A DNA stretch of 63,910 bases, filler included, from Octopus bimaculoides (Eukaryota): assembly GCF_001194135.2 (NCBI RefSeq). It is 8 parts of 8 records of this genome, joined end to end, with 100 filler letters (N's around TTAATTAATTAA, not from the genome) between each part and the next. Parts side by side here need not be neighbours in the genome. Positions count along the whole stretch, not along the records: positions 6,574 to 19,168 come from NC_068985.1; positions 19,269 to 35,460 come from NC_068990.1; 6 more parts are not named here. One strand, given 5' to 3'. Positions 13,456-26,152 of the stretch are shown here, one piece after another. The position numbers and the translations under genes are program-made. Positions within the stretch are counted from its first letter, which is position 1. Every line of letters starts with the position of its first letter. The notes beneath the pieces are model-generated. The model saw only the letters and a list, made by a program, of their open reading frames with translations. It searched no databases and was not told where the DNA came from.

Positions 13456-13631
13456 AGAGAGAGAGAGAGAGACAGAGAGAGAGAGACAGAGAGAGAGAGA
13501 CAGAGAGAGAGAGACAGAGAGAGAGAGACTGTGTGTGTGTGTGAATGTGTCTTTGTGCGCGGATATCTATTTTTTGCATCTTCAGAATATGCATTTATCT
13601 CTATATTCAAACGTACACGCANNNNNNNNNN

Positions 13632-13681
<50 letters not shown>

Positions 13682-13790
13682 AACATAATGTACAAATATG
13701 TATGTGTGTATGTGCGTAAAGATACATATGTTCACAAAAATACATATATTTGAGGTAAGAACAACAACAGCAATAATAATAATAATAATG

Positions 13791-13842
<52 letters not shown>

Positions 13843-14672
13843 TGATGATGATGATGATAGTAACATGAACAAGAGACCAAAGTAAAATAGTAAAAATAAT
13901 AATAATGTGCAGAGTCAGAATAGGATTGAAATAGCAACAGAAAAGATAAGTAATATGGTGCAAGATTTCAGCAGGATACCACGCATTAGTTTTCTGGGTT
14001 ATTGTACCACACGTCTACGCATGCGCACGCACAAATACACACCTGCAAATACACGTACACACACACACACACAGACATCGATGCACACGTGCGCACATAT
14101 CCCACATCGCCAACACACACACACAGAGGCACATGAACACTAGTTTCCTCTGCGCTTCCTGTCTTCCTGCTTTTACCATCCAATCCGCTTTTCTCTCTTT
14201 TGTCTTCTCCCCGTCTCATCTTTCTCTCTTCCATCGCTGCTGCTTCAAATTCCTTTTGAAAAAAAAATCCATAAGAATCTTTGTCTTGTCTCAAAATAAA
14301 AATATATAAAAATAAAGATGCCGTAAAGGAGGGAGTCAGCGAGTGGCTAAATGGTTAGTTAAGTAGTTTGTCTATTAAACCATTGATTTGTGCGCTGCAT
14401 TCTCTCTATATATATATAGATGTCTGTATGAATGGGGAAGGTGGTGTGGCGAACAAGAGTGCTTTTGATCCACGTTGTTCTGAGTTCACTCCAAATGTAC
14501 CGTAGCTTGCAATATATGTTTTGTATATCTTTGGGCTGTGAATGAAATTTAGAAGAAAGCAACCAGGTGAACGCCTATTGCATGCGTTTTGCCTCATTGT
14601 TTTAACACCCTGTTTCTCTCATGATTTTTATGAGTGGAAAACAGCCGCTTAATAGTTGTGGCAGTGGTGGTG

Positions 14673-14736
<64 letters not shown>

Positions 14737-14765
14737 GTAGTAGTAGTAGTAGTAGTAGTAGTATG

Positions 14766-15027
14766 TTATAGGATTGAGGTAACTCCTCCAGTAGGTATAC
14801 AGAAGGAGAAAAGAAGAGTGCGATTGTTATCAAGTGAACGATATTTTGGCATCTAGTTCACTTTTTTTGCTTCTGTAAACCTTCTGGAGGAGTTACCTCA
14901 ATCCTATAAAATATTACCAAAAATGAAGGAGATTGACAAGTTTATTTCTTGAACGTGTGGAATGGCACACGAGATGCCGAAATATCGTTCACTTGATAAC
15001 AATAGCACTCTTCATTCTTTTGCTTCT
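14766..15027. mobile_element. Rearranged PLE-type terminal repeat with nested inverted repeats and two hammerhead remnants
   Basis: Perfect 26-bp IR 14766-14791/14884-14909; 42-bp IR 14813-14854/14972-15013; TGAAC..GGCA/TGCC-GAAA-TATC-GTTCA at 14950-14991. Confidence 0.55.
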
Positions 15028-15030
15028 ATT

Positions 15031-15106
<76 letters not shown>

Positions 15107-15139
15107 GTATCTGTATACACACACATACGCACACATGTT

Positions 15140-15280
15140 TATAAGGCCTGCGGTTGTTTCTCAGACACGTGATTTTGGATTCAGTCGCATTTATGACACC
15201 TTGGGCAAGTCTCTCCTGTTAATAACCTCAGCCAACCAGATCTGTGGATTTGGTTGACGAAAGCTGAAAGTGTCGTGCCA
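15140..15280 (+). mobile_element. SINE family B, degraded 5' half
   Basis: GACACCTTGGGCAAGT CORE-like motif and GGATTTGGT.GACG.AAGCTGAAAG. Confidence 0.6.
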
Positions 15281-15329
15281 TCTTCATATATTTGTAAATG
15301 CATTTATATTAAACTTTCAAAACCTATAA

Positions 15330-15715
15330 CAAAGCCACCTTTCTCAATACTACATCCCCATTATTCTAAAGGGTCTTTCGTGCAAGTTTTTTGGTGTAGC
15401 CACTGCCATTAGTGCCACAAAATGCCATCCAGTACTGTCTGTAAATTGGTAGGTGCTTTGCAGGGCTTCCAATTGTAGAAAAGGTGCCACACCATGCGTC
15501 TTCAATGTTTTAACATTCACTTTTCTATGCTTTTCGGAACTGGATGATATTCATTGAAACAGAATTTCTATAGTCGCATTCTCTTCATTACACAAAACTT
15601 CATCTGTTTCCAAGTACGATAATATTTTCACATTGCCAAGAAATGTATGGAAGAATATAGAAAAGAAATGATGCAGCTTGTATGACAGTGACACATATTT
15701 ACAGCAATCAAATGA
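15330..15715 (+). mobile_element. Possible highly decayed Penelope GIY-YIG remnant
   Basis: Fragmentary CH.CHK, HKTSSVSKY and HIAKKCMEEYRK resemblance across frames; many stops. Confidence 0.25.
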
Positions 15716-15951
15716 TGTTTAAAGAAGAATAATCACACGCGGAGACATTGAAATTCTCATAAGCATACGTACATGCATTAACCCTATCAGGACCTTATAT
15801 ACATACATACATACATACATTTCCATTGACTTTCTCTCTCTCTCTCTCTCTCTANNNNNNNNNNNNNNNNNNNNNNNNNNNNNNNNNNNNNNNNNNNNNN
15901 NNNNNNNNNNNNNNNNNNNNNNNNNNNNNNNNNNNNNNNNNNNNNNNNNNN

Positions 15952-15990
<39 letters not shown>

Positions 15991-16031
15991 GATAAGCATA
16001 CATACATAAATAATATATATATATATAGTGT

Positions 16032-16626
16032 AGTTGAAATATGTTTGTCACATATTTCAACTGCAAAAGGTAAATACACTGCAGTTCCTGTGGAGCAAAA
16101 AACTCTCTTATGGTAAAAAGGTGTGAAAGCACCCAGTTCATTCAGTGTAGCAATCTCTTGGGAATCTCAAACATTGATGTTTTGAGATTTGTGACTCTTG
16201 TCAATGAGATGCACCTAAGAGGAGCAACTCTGAACGAACTTAAAGCTATAGCGTTATATATAATTCAATCAACACGTTGACTAATTTGCGCTAGGAGATC
16301 GTCCGATCAAATTAATTACCGAAGCATTGGCGCAAAGCAGTGTTTAGGTATAAGAAACACAGGCTAGTTGAAAAATGTTTGTCACGTATTTCAACTGCTA
16401 AATGCAAATACACTGCAGTTAACGTGGAGGAAAATCTCTATTATGGTAAAAAGTTCGTTCAGTGTCGCCATCTCTCAGGAATCTCGCCTATGCTCAGTTA
16501 ATTAATTTGATTGGGAAATCTCCTAGCGCAAATCAGTCAACGTGTCGATTGAGTTATATAGAAAGCTATGGCTTTATTAAGCTCGTTCAGAAGTGCCTCT
16601 CTTAGGTACATCTCATTGACAAGAGT
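16032..16626. repeat. 334-bp tandem-unit repeat relic, arrangement X-Y-X-inverted Y
   Basis: X at 16032-16168 and 16366-16485; Y at 16194-16318 and inverted at 16499-16626. Confidence 0.75.
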
Positions 16627-16809
16627 GCCTCAGAGTGGGACTGAAGCCAAAACGATGTAACTGGGAAAGAAACCATGGATGCACTTATTAATTTTCTGTT
16701 CGCAATTGCACCTCAGCCATATTCTATTCAGTAAATTTAGTAACGATTTCGTCCCTCTTCACTGAATGTTTGTTAACAAAAGGTTTGGAATATCTTTCTA
16801 CAGAAGGTA

Positions 16810-17027
16810 TAATGATAATAATAGTGACGATCATTATGATAATAATGATGATGATGATGTTGATGATGATGATGATGATGATGTTGATGATGATGAAGAT
16901 GATGATGTTGATGATAATGATGTGACTACTACAACGACGACCACAATGGAAACAACGATGATGGCGACGATGTTGGTGGTGGCAGTGGCGGTGGCGATAA
17001 TGATGCTGATGATGATGATGATGATAC

Positions 17028-17087
<60 letters not shown>

Positions 17088-17090
17088 TGA
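16810..17090. repeat. (GAT)n/(GAC)n compound trinucleotide microsatellite
   Basis: Direct inspection. Confidence 0.95.
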
Positions 17091-17652
17091 TATTTTCCAC
17101 TTGCTGAACTTTCAGATACAAATATGTTATGAGATGGAAGTAAAAGAGAAAAAAATAAATAAATTAAAAAAACACTACGGCAGTGACTAATATTCTTTTT
17201 ATTGTTCAACCTAATTGAGCGGGCAGTCTGGATTTCTTTTTAATTTCCTTCAAAAAACTCCCTACTATTTATAAAATGGGAGCACAAGAACTCATAAGAT
17301 AACTTAAGACAGGATCCTTATCAAGAAAAATAGATAAAAGAAAATGTGTGCGAGTGTGTAGGGGCTGGGATATTACATGGCTATGTTTAGAATGCCTGCG
17401 TGGAGCTACTTTAGACGAAAAACACGAAAGACGACGACATAAACAACAACAACAACAACGACAACAACAAGAATGATGACTACCGCAGCACCAACAGCGA
17501 ATACAAAACCAGCTTGCTGTAACATAATTATCTTTATTCAAGCAGAAAACGAAAGAGAACAGAAAATACTTTTGTTCGATGGATAAATGTATGTATGGGT
17601 GGATGGATGCGTGAATTGATAAATGTATGCAAGCAGGTATATTTATATATGT

Positions 17653-17694
<42 letters not shown>

Positions 17695-18327
17695 GCACAT
17701 ACATACGCACATATGCATTTATACATACACATATCCTTATTATTGATATTGCTAATATATATGTATAGATTGATATACATTCTTATTATATGACATANNN
17801 NNNNNNNNNNNNNNNNNNNNNNNNNNNNNNNNNNNNNNNNNNNNNNNNNNNNNNNNNNNNNNNNNNNNNNNNNNNNNNNNNNNNNNNNNNNNNNNNNNNN
17901 NNNNNNNNNNNNNNNNNNNNNNNNNNNNNNNNNNNNNNNNNNNNNNNNNNNNNNNNNNNNNNNNNNNNNNNNNNNNNNNNNNNNNNNNNNNNNNNNNNNN
18001 NNNNNNNNNNNNNNNNNNNNNNNNNNNNNNNNNNNNNNNNNNNNNNNNNNNNNNNNNNNNNNNNNNNNNNNNNNNNNNNNNNNNNNNNNNNNNNNNNNNN
18101 NNNNNNNNNNNNNNNNNNNNNNNNNNNNNNNNNNNNNNNNNNNNNNNNNNNNNNNNNNNNNNNNNNNNNNNNNNNNNNNNNNNNNNNNNNNNNNNNNNNN
18201 NNNNNNNNNNNNNNNNNNNNNNNNNNNNNNNNNNNNNNNNNNNNNNNNNNNNNNNNNNNNNNNNNNNNNNNNNNNNNNNNNNNNNNNNNNNNNNNNNNNN
18301 NNNNNNNNNNNNNNNNNNNNNNNNNNN

Positions 18328-18373
<46 letters not shown>

Positions 18374-18409
18374 TATATATATGTGTGTATGTATACACAA
18401 ATGTATTCC

Positions 18410-18853
18410 TTTATTCTTTTAGTTGCTTCAGTCATTTGACTACGGCCATGCGGTGGCACTGCTTTGAAGGGTTTTAGTCGAACAAATTGATCATAGTACT
18501 TAAATTTAAAACCAAGTACTTATTCCATCGGTCGCTTTCGCTGAACTGCTAGGTGGTAGGGAAGTAAGCACACCAACACAGGTTGTCAAGTGGTGATAGG
18601 TGACAAACACGGACGTAAGTACACCTACACCGATTATCAGGTGATGATGGGTGTCACACACACATACACATACACACACATACACACACACACACACTCA
18701 TATACGATGGTCTTCTTTCAGTTTCTCTCTACCAAATCTTCTCACAAGGATTTAGTTGGCCCGAGTCTATAGGAGAAGGCATCTGTCCAAGTATTCAGGC
18801 AGAGGAACTGAGCCCTGAACCATGTGGTTTGGAAGCAAACTGTTTACCACACA
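18410..18853 (-). mobile_element. SINE family B, near full length
   Basis: Reverse complement has tRNA-like head, CORE-like segment, internal (CA)n and the GTAAAAGA tail. Confidence 0.85.
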
Positions 18854-18884
18854 GCTACGCTTCATTGACATGAAACTAGAATGT

Positions 18885-19168
18885 TTCATGTCTATTGTGC
18901 AAGCCATAAGCCAGAAATATGTCCCAGAGCACAAGGCCAAAACAAATAGGAACAAGATTCCAAGGGAGAGGAAGATCCTCATGAGACGAAGGACAAAAGT
19001 TGCAAATCGACTCAACCAGCATCCCAAGAATGGCCAAAGGTCCCGCCTAAAAACGACACTGATGGAGATCGAAAAAAGACTGCAACAATCCTATGTGAAG
19101 GAGAGAGCAGACAAAGAATCCTGGGTTATAAAAAACATTAAGTCAAACCCAAAGGCCTTCTTTCATTA
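18885..19168 (+). mobile_element. CR1/L2-type LINE ORF2 fragment (endonuclease-RT linker)
   Basis: Open frame ending IKNIKSNPKAFFH, typical of the K.NPK.F linker motif; cut by a contig join. Confidence 0.6.
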
Positions 19169-19268
19169 NNNNNNNNNNNNNNNNNNNNNNNNNNNNNNNN
19201 NNNNNNNNNNNNTTAATTAATTAANNNNNNNNNNNNNNNNNNNNNNNNNNNNNNNNNNNNNNNNNNNN

Positions 19269-19510
19269 ATTCTCTTTTATTCTTTTACTTGATTCAGTCG
19301 TTTGACTGCTGCCATGCTGGAGCACCGCCTTTAGTCAAACAAATCGTGTCCAAGCTTTATTCTTTGTAAGCCGAGTGTTTATTCTATCGGTATTTGTGCC
19401 GAACCGCTAAGTTACAGGGACGTAAACTCACCAACATCGGTTGTCAAGTGATGGTGGAGGGACGAACGCAGACACACAAACGCACAGACACACGCACACG
19501 CACGCAGGCA
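19269..19510 (-). mobile_element. SINE family B, 3' half
   Basis: GCCATGCTGGAGCACCGCCTTTAGTC..GAACCGCTAAGTTAC. Confidence 0.85.
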
Positions 19511-19734
19511 CACACACACACACACACACACATGTATATATGTATATGTAGGTATATACGCAGACATGGTTGTGTGGTAAGGAGCGCGCTTCCTAATCCC
19601 ATATTTNNNNNNNNNNAATATTGGAGAAATTGGTTGTCAGTTTTAGCAAGTTGAGTAAGTCCTTTCTCTTGGCCACACCCGTCGATGATTGAGGGCCTTC
19701 TGTCGATACCATTCCTCTTTGCATATGTATAGCT

Positions 19735-20233
19735 ATAAGCGAACTTTAGTCAAAACATGTTTTTGATATATTTTAAGTCTTAAAGGCAAATTCACTGCAG
19801 TTACCGTGAATTTAATTGTGGAGGAAAATTTAATTGTGGGGTAAAAATACCATATCTCCCAGTGTCACCCTCTATCAGAAACTCAGACGCAATGTTTCTA
19901 GCTTCTTAGTCACATATCAATGGGAAATACAGAAGAGTGGTAACTCCGGGCAGATTTTAAACTGTAGCTTTAACTAAAATACAATCAGCAGCAGTGACTG
20001 TGTTTTACACCTTTGGACTGCTAGGTCGGGAGAAATTCGACAGTATCAGCGCTAAGTAAAGTCTTGGTATAACCGAACTTTAGTTAAAATATGTCTGTGA
20101 CGAATTTAAACTTCTAAAATGAAATTTACTGTAGTTACTGAGGAGAAAATTTCTGTCTTATGATAAAATTTGTAAAAAACCCATATCTACCCAGTGTGGC
20201 TCTGTATAGAATTCCCAGACGCAATGTTTCTAT
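19735..20233. repeat. Second locus of the 334-bp unit family (X-Y-X)
   Basis: GAACTTTAGT at 19741 and 20075; CAGACGCAATGTTTCTA at 19884 and 20216; spacer resembles Y of the 16-kb locus. Confidence 0.7.
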
Positions 20234-22034
20234 AAGTAATACCAAAGAACGGTATCATGACTCTTTTAAGACAGCATGGTGTAATTTGTGAGATTTTGAC
20301 GCCACTTATATTATGGCCACCGATCCCCCAAAGAAGCTTCCTCATTATGTTTGGCTAAATTCGTTTTTGCATATATGATATAGTCGTGGGTATTTTTTTA
20401 TATCTTGATACAGCCGTGATTACTGCGGTGAAAAGCTAACACCAGTATTACTCATAATCGATCAGGTCAATTTCGGCGCGAGTGAAACACTATATTATAA
20501 TTGGCTAGAAACACTCTACCAAGCTTCAATATGTTGCTTGAAGGCTTGCACGTGTATTCTGGGAACTTCGGATCTCTCTGTTTCTGCAATTATTTTAGGG
20601 ATGGAAATTTGTTGATTGAATCGATTTCGCAATACCGTAGAACCTCATATGTATTATTTGCACTTATTTCTTTTTTACCAAAATCAGAGTGAAATTAATA
20701 GGTGCGTATAATACAAGTTATTTACACTACAAAGATTTTCTTTAAATTGCACCCACTTTTATTTAAAATATACACAATAATCTAATAAAGTTTCATTTAC
20801 TTTCAGATAATTTTTATAGAATATAAATATTATTAGATATGAGATGAAATGTATGAAATGAAATTTTACAAAATTAATATATTGGAGTACAATATGTTAT
20901 CTAACCTTATTTGTGCAACCCAGATAAGAACAATGCATATTAAAGACAATTTTAGCCGTCAAACTGATGTGTACATTATATATGGATGTATATTATATAC
21001 GTAACCTATGGAGTAGATATATAACCAGAACAAATTTAATTAAAAGTAGATTCGAAAAATGATGAACAGCCTTAACCGATTTTCCAACCTTAATGGATAC
21101 TTATCAGAGATGTCTACATCGTTTGACCAATCACAGAGGAACAAGCAATCGATGTGGTCTTTTACAGAATATTACTTATTTAATAATTCCTAAAGGTAGC
21201 ATCACTGTAAGCGTTAAGAAATGAGATAAAATAATGATTTCTGTTACCAGGCTGTATAGAATTATACACTTTAATGAAGAACATGATAATGTGACGTTCG
21301 TGCCCGTCAAGCTGAATTAATGCAGTGAAATCATTACAGTCTGCGAGGAAATTATTTTCAGTGTTGATTTATTGGGGATATCCTCTTGCATGACAAATCT
21401 TATCGCTGGGAGACGAAATAACGCAGAACATCTAGCTGTAAATGCTCAAGATCCAGTGAAATACACAGACCCTTATATCTAGTCGACATGTATCGGTGCT
21501 CCATACAAATTAAAATGTACGTATAAGGAAATATGGTTATAGTGTTTGCAGACTGACAGACTAAAGGACATGTCAACTATAGAATAAAAGTAAAATAATG
21601 ACCCTGGACATTACTGTCTTCGACCTGTAGAACCCGCAGAGCCGGTTACCTGGTTTCCATGGCACATGAATTACTGAGATCTCAACATCACCCCTTTGAG
21701 AGTGACGCCAGTCTGTCGCATACAGCTGAGTAGACTCGAGTGTTTTAAGCTAAGTGTCTTACGCGCATAAACCTTTAAGCAGCAGAGCTGTTCTGCAAGA
21801 TGTTTCTGATTTGTGTATGCTCAAAACTACGTTATTATGCAGTGTGTACTCTTCTTCTATAGTAATTCGAGAGTCCACGAAAGAACTTCAGTCGTTGTCT
21901 AACTTTCATCCCGTAGTTTCGCTCAGTCAGCAAGATTCTTTGACATTGCATTGTTGCTTTGTTATAAACAGTTTCCTTTGGACTCTGACTGTCGTGGGTT
22001 AATTAACTCTTAAAATTGTTTTAAATTGTTTCAA

Positions 22035-22245
22035 ATGTTGGCATAACACAAGCAATTTTAGGGTATAAGAATAAATGATTACATCGACTCTATTCGACTG
22101 GTATTTTGTTTTCTCTATCGGCCTGAAAAGGATCAAAGACAAAGTTGAACTCAGCGGAATTTGAAGTTAGAGTGTGATGAATTGTGAGGAAATACAGCAG
22201 AGCATTTCCTCCTGGCTCGCCAGCAATCAAACCAGCACGTCACCT
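22035..22245 (-). mobile_element. SINE family A, diverged
   Basis: ACATCGAC..CTGGTA..TCGGCC.GAAAAGGAT.AAAG.CAAAGTTGA on the plus strand. Confidence 0.7.
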
Positions 22246-23714
22246 TTATTAACCCTTAAAAATAAATGCAAATAAATGCATGAATTTACTAAATTTTGAA
22301 GAAATTGCTTTAAGTCTCTGCCTGTCTTGTGTATCTTGGCCTCCATGCATCATTCCCAAATTATTCAACCACCGGCATAAATTAGCACTTATGAAAGAAA
22401 AGCTCTATATTATTCAGAACGTATGAAATAGAGGCTAACTAAGAAAACAAATATAACGTTTTGGACAATCCTGGAACTTATGAAAAGAAAGCTTTATAAT
22501 GTTTAGAACACATGAAACAAGGGCGAAGTAAAAGTTAGACGTTTTGGACAATCTTATGAAAACGCATTGGACAGACAAAGGGTTAAAAGGATGTTAACAA
22601 TGTTCAGTTGAACCAGAATCGTCTATTCACTCAAATATACGGATTCTAATCATTTCAAATTCTTCAGCTGGTGCCCCATAAAAATATTGTAGAAATTAAA
22701 CGAAAATTATTATTGAGTCAAAGATAAAATTTCACTCTTGTTTGTTTGGTAAAATGCGTTTATTTTTGCAAAATACTGTATTAAATTGCGTAATTACTAT
22801 ACATGAAGCATATTTCTAATTATTAAATTATCTTAGTGACAGTGCAGTGTTAGTTTTGCAATGCATACGGACGATATTGTAAAAGTCACATAAATTCTGA
22901 CCCTCGATGAAGATTATGTGCCCCGATGCAAAATTCCATTTATTCAAGTGCAACACGGAGGCTTACAATGTAGAACATACCTACATTCACTTTCATTTAT
23001 TAAGATTTGGGCGAAATATATCGAAATTCGTTTCAGCACAGTAAGATATTTTGATTAAAAATTAAAAGAAAAAAGCCTAAAAAATACAGCAGCTTGCAAA
23101 ATAAAATCTTCTTATGAATCAGCTCAATAAAACATAGAACATTTCTTTTGCCTCGTTTAGTTATTTTTGTTTTTCTTCATCTCTCAATATGAAAATATCT
23201 ATAGAAAATATTTCGTGTAAGATTTAATAAGCTTTAAAACTGGGATTCAACAGAGAAATCGTTAAAAAGCAAATCAAAATCGAATGAAAAATCCTTCGGT
23301 ACAAATAACCTGTACATATCGGCCTTGACAACAAATTAAATCTATGCAGTAAACAGAGTAATGCAAAAACCAAATTTCTGGCAACATGAAAAACTCCACG
23401 GTTTCAATTTTCGATCGTTGTTGTCGTTGCTGTTGGAGGTGTTTGACACCAGATCATTCCCGATCCCGCAGACAAATATTTGAAGGGATTCCATCCTTAA
23501 CTATCACATTTAATTTTCAAACATTGTATATCTTAAACTACATTATTTAATGTACTCTTACGCTTTTTAAGATGGTAAGGTGTGAGATCATCTCTACATT
23601 GAGCTTGCTACCTATAACAGGCCGAGGAATCGTGTTAATACTTCGTCGTTGTTTGGTTCGATTCCTGGATGGAACCAGCTAAAATACTTTGGAAATGCAT
23701 GAATATTTCAACTT

Positions 23715-23760
23715 CTCATTTATACTCACCTAAAAACAAATGAATCAGCGAAAATCAATC
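23715..23760 (-). other. Candidate recursive splice site (acceptor fused to donor)
   Basis: Minus strand reads GCTGATTCATTTGTTTTTAG|GTGAGTATA, junction 23730/23729. Confidence 0.4.
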
Positions 23761-24137
23761 AGTAAACCCAAGTTGGAAGTATCAATATTTCAGCTTCAAT
23801 TAGAAGTTAAATGATCCATGAAGCCTAAAGATTGATTTGGCGAATATCATTGTGGCTGTTTAATCCTTGGGTCAAAACCATTTTCTTCCCGCCATGGCCA
23901 TCCTATTTTATTTCCCGAAAATATAGCTTGGACTATATTGTACAGTAAATCATTTCGGTTTTAAACATGTTAGATTGTGGTTTGAATGGAACTTGACTGT
24001 TGCTTTTAGCAGATCAAGGGACATAATAGAGAATCTCTTGTTGGCTGAATATTGTAAATAAAGACACTCAAATCTGATTTGCCGCTTTTTTCTTCATCTA
24101 GGCATGAAATTTCCCGAGGTTTCACTAGTTATTTATA

Positions 24138-24800
24138 TAGGCGCAGGCGTAACTGTGTGGTAAGAAACTTGCTTCTTAAAGGCGGCGAGCTGGCAGAATC
24201 GTTAGCTCGCCGGAGCGAGATGCTTAGCAGTATTTCGTCTGCCGTTACATTCTGAGTTCAAATTCCGCCGAGGTCAACTTTGCCTTTCATCCTTTCGGGG
24301 TCGATAAATTAAGTACCAGTTACGCACTAGAGTCGATGTAATCGACTTAATCACTTTGTCTGTCCTTGTTTGTCCCCTCTATGTTTAGCCCCTTGTGGGC
24401 AATAAAGAAATAAGAAACGTTAGCACGCCGGGCGAAATGCTTAGCGGTATTTCGTCTGCCTTGTGAGTGGATTTGGTAGACGGAAACTAGAAGAAGACCG
24501 TCGTATATATGTGCGTCTGTGTGTGTGTGTGCGTGTGTGTATGTGTGTGCGTACGTGTGTGTGTGCGTGTATGAGCCTTTGTGCCTATGTTTGGGCACCA
24601 CCACTGCTTAACAACCGGTGTTGGTGTGTTCACCTCCCTGTAACCTAGCGGTTCGTCAAAAAATACCGATAGAATAAGTACCAGGGTTAGCAAAAAAAAT
24701 AATAAAATCAAGTGCTGGGGTTGTTTCATTCGACTAAAAATTCTTCAAGGTGGTGCACCAGCATGGGCGCAGTCTAACGACTGGAACAAGTAAATAATAA
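24138..24800 (+). mobile_element. SINE family B interrupted by family A sequence (chimera)
   Basis: B head 24138-24180, A at 24181-24460 including a repeated A head, B resumes at TTGTGAGTGGATTTGG 24461. Confidence 0.8.
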
Positions 24801-24866
24801 AAGGTTAAAATAGATATTTAGATCGGATTGGATTGGATTGCCCACGTCTGTCTATCTATCTATCTA

Positions 24867-24899
<33 letters not shown>

Positions 24900-25015
24900 G
24901 CACAGACATGCATACATATAAATGTATACACGCACACNNNNNNNNNNNNNNNNNNNNNNNNNNNNNNNNNNNNNNNNNNNNNNNNNNNNNNNNNNNNNNN
25001 NNNNNNNNNNNNNNN

Positions 25016-25066
<51 letters not shown>

Positions 25067-25699
25067 CAGAGATATGGGGGTGTATATATATGTATGTATA
25101 TATATAATACCTACATGTATATATACATATATATATCCGTATATATACGTATATATACATATACATATATACATATGTGTGTATATAAAGAAAGAGAGAG
25201 AGAGAGAGAGAGAGACCATCACATTAATATACATCCCAGTGACGTCAAATTTTAATGTCCATGTGTATATAAATAAATCCACGAAGTCCATTTATTGAAA
25301 ATAGCTTCTTTGTCGCAAATGCATTATTACTCCATTATTTATATTATCTTCCTAACGTGGCTGATTAGATTAATGGGACAGCTATTGTTATTGTTTCCAA
25401 TCAAAAATAAATCGTTTTAGGCTTTTAGAATGCTATTCTCAAATTATAGATTCGATTATTAATAAAAGTGTCTTGCTCCAATCGAAAAGTCTCGTACAGA
25501 AATAATGAACCATACCTCGAGCATTCTAACGAAACATTTACACTGAGACCACATATATAAAAATAGTTGAATTAAACGGAAATAAACTGCTATGGCTTTC
25601 TATTAGTTTTGTTTAAGCTACATAAAAGATGATTATACACACATATAAACACTCATAAATGCACTTAATGTTGATATTTCGTTTTTCCCTGAAGCGAGA

Positions 25700-26152
25700 G
25701 AAAATATTGGTTTCAAATTATAGCACAAAGGCAGAAAATTTCGAGGAAGGGGGTATGTCGATTACATCGACCCCCAGTACTCAACTGGTACGTATTTTAT
25801 TGATCTCCAGAGAATAAAAGGTAAAGTCGACATCGGTGGAATTTGAACTCAGACCGCGAGAGACGGACGAAATGCCACTAAATATTTCACCCGGTGTGCT
25901 AACGATTCTGCCAGCTTGCCGTTTTATAACATACTACTGGACTCAAATATTATCACAAAGCCAGCGGTTTTGTGGTGGGCTTTAAGTCGAATACATCGAC
26001 CCAGTGTTCAATTGGTACTCAGTTTATCGACCCCGTAAGTCTAACAGTGAAAGTCGACCTCGTCGGAATTTGAACTCAGTACGTAAAGATAGACGAACTG
26101 CTACTAAGCATTTTGCACAGCGCGAAAACGAGTCTGCCAGCTCGCTGCCTTA
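25700..26152 (-). mobile_element. Two tandem SINE family A copies
   Basis: Two successive ..TCGACCCC..AACTGGTAC..TATCGACCCC..AAAGTCGAC..GGAATTTGAACTCAG..CTGCCAGCT blocks. Confidence 0.8.

Noticed and set aside
21497-21536. GTGCTC..ATAC..AAAAT..ACG.ATA segment faintly like U6 snRNA
   Set aside because: Lacks the ACAGAGA box and the AGC catalytic triad region.
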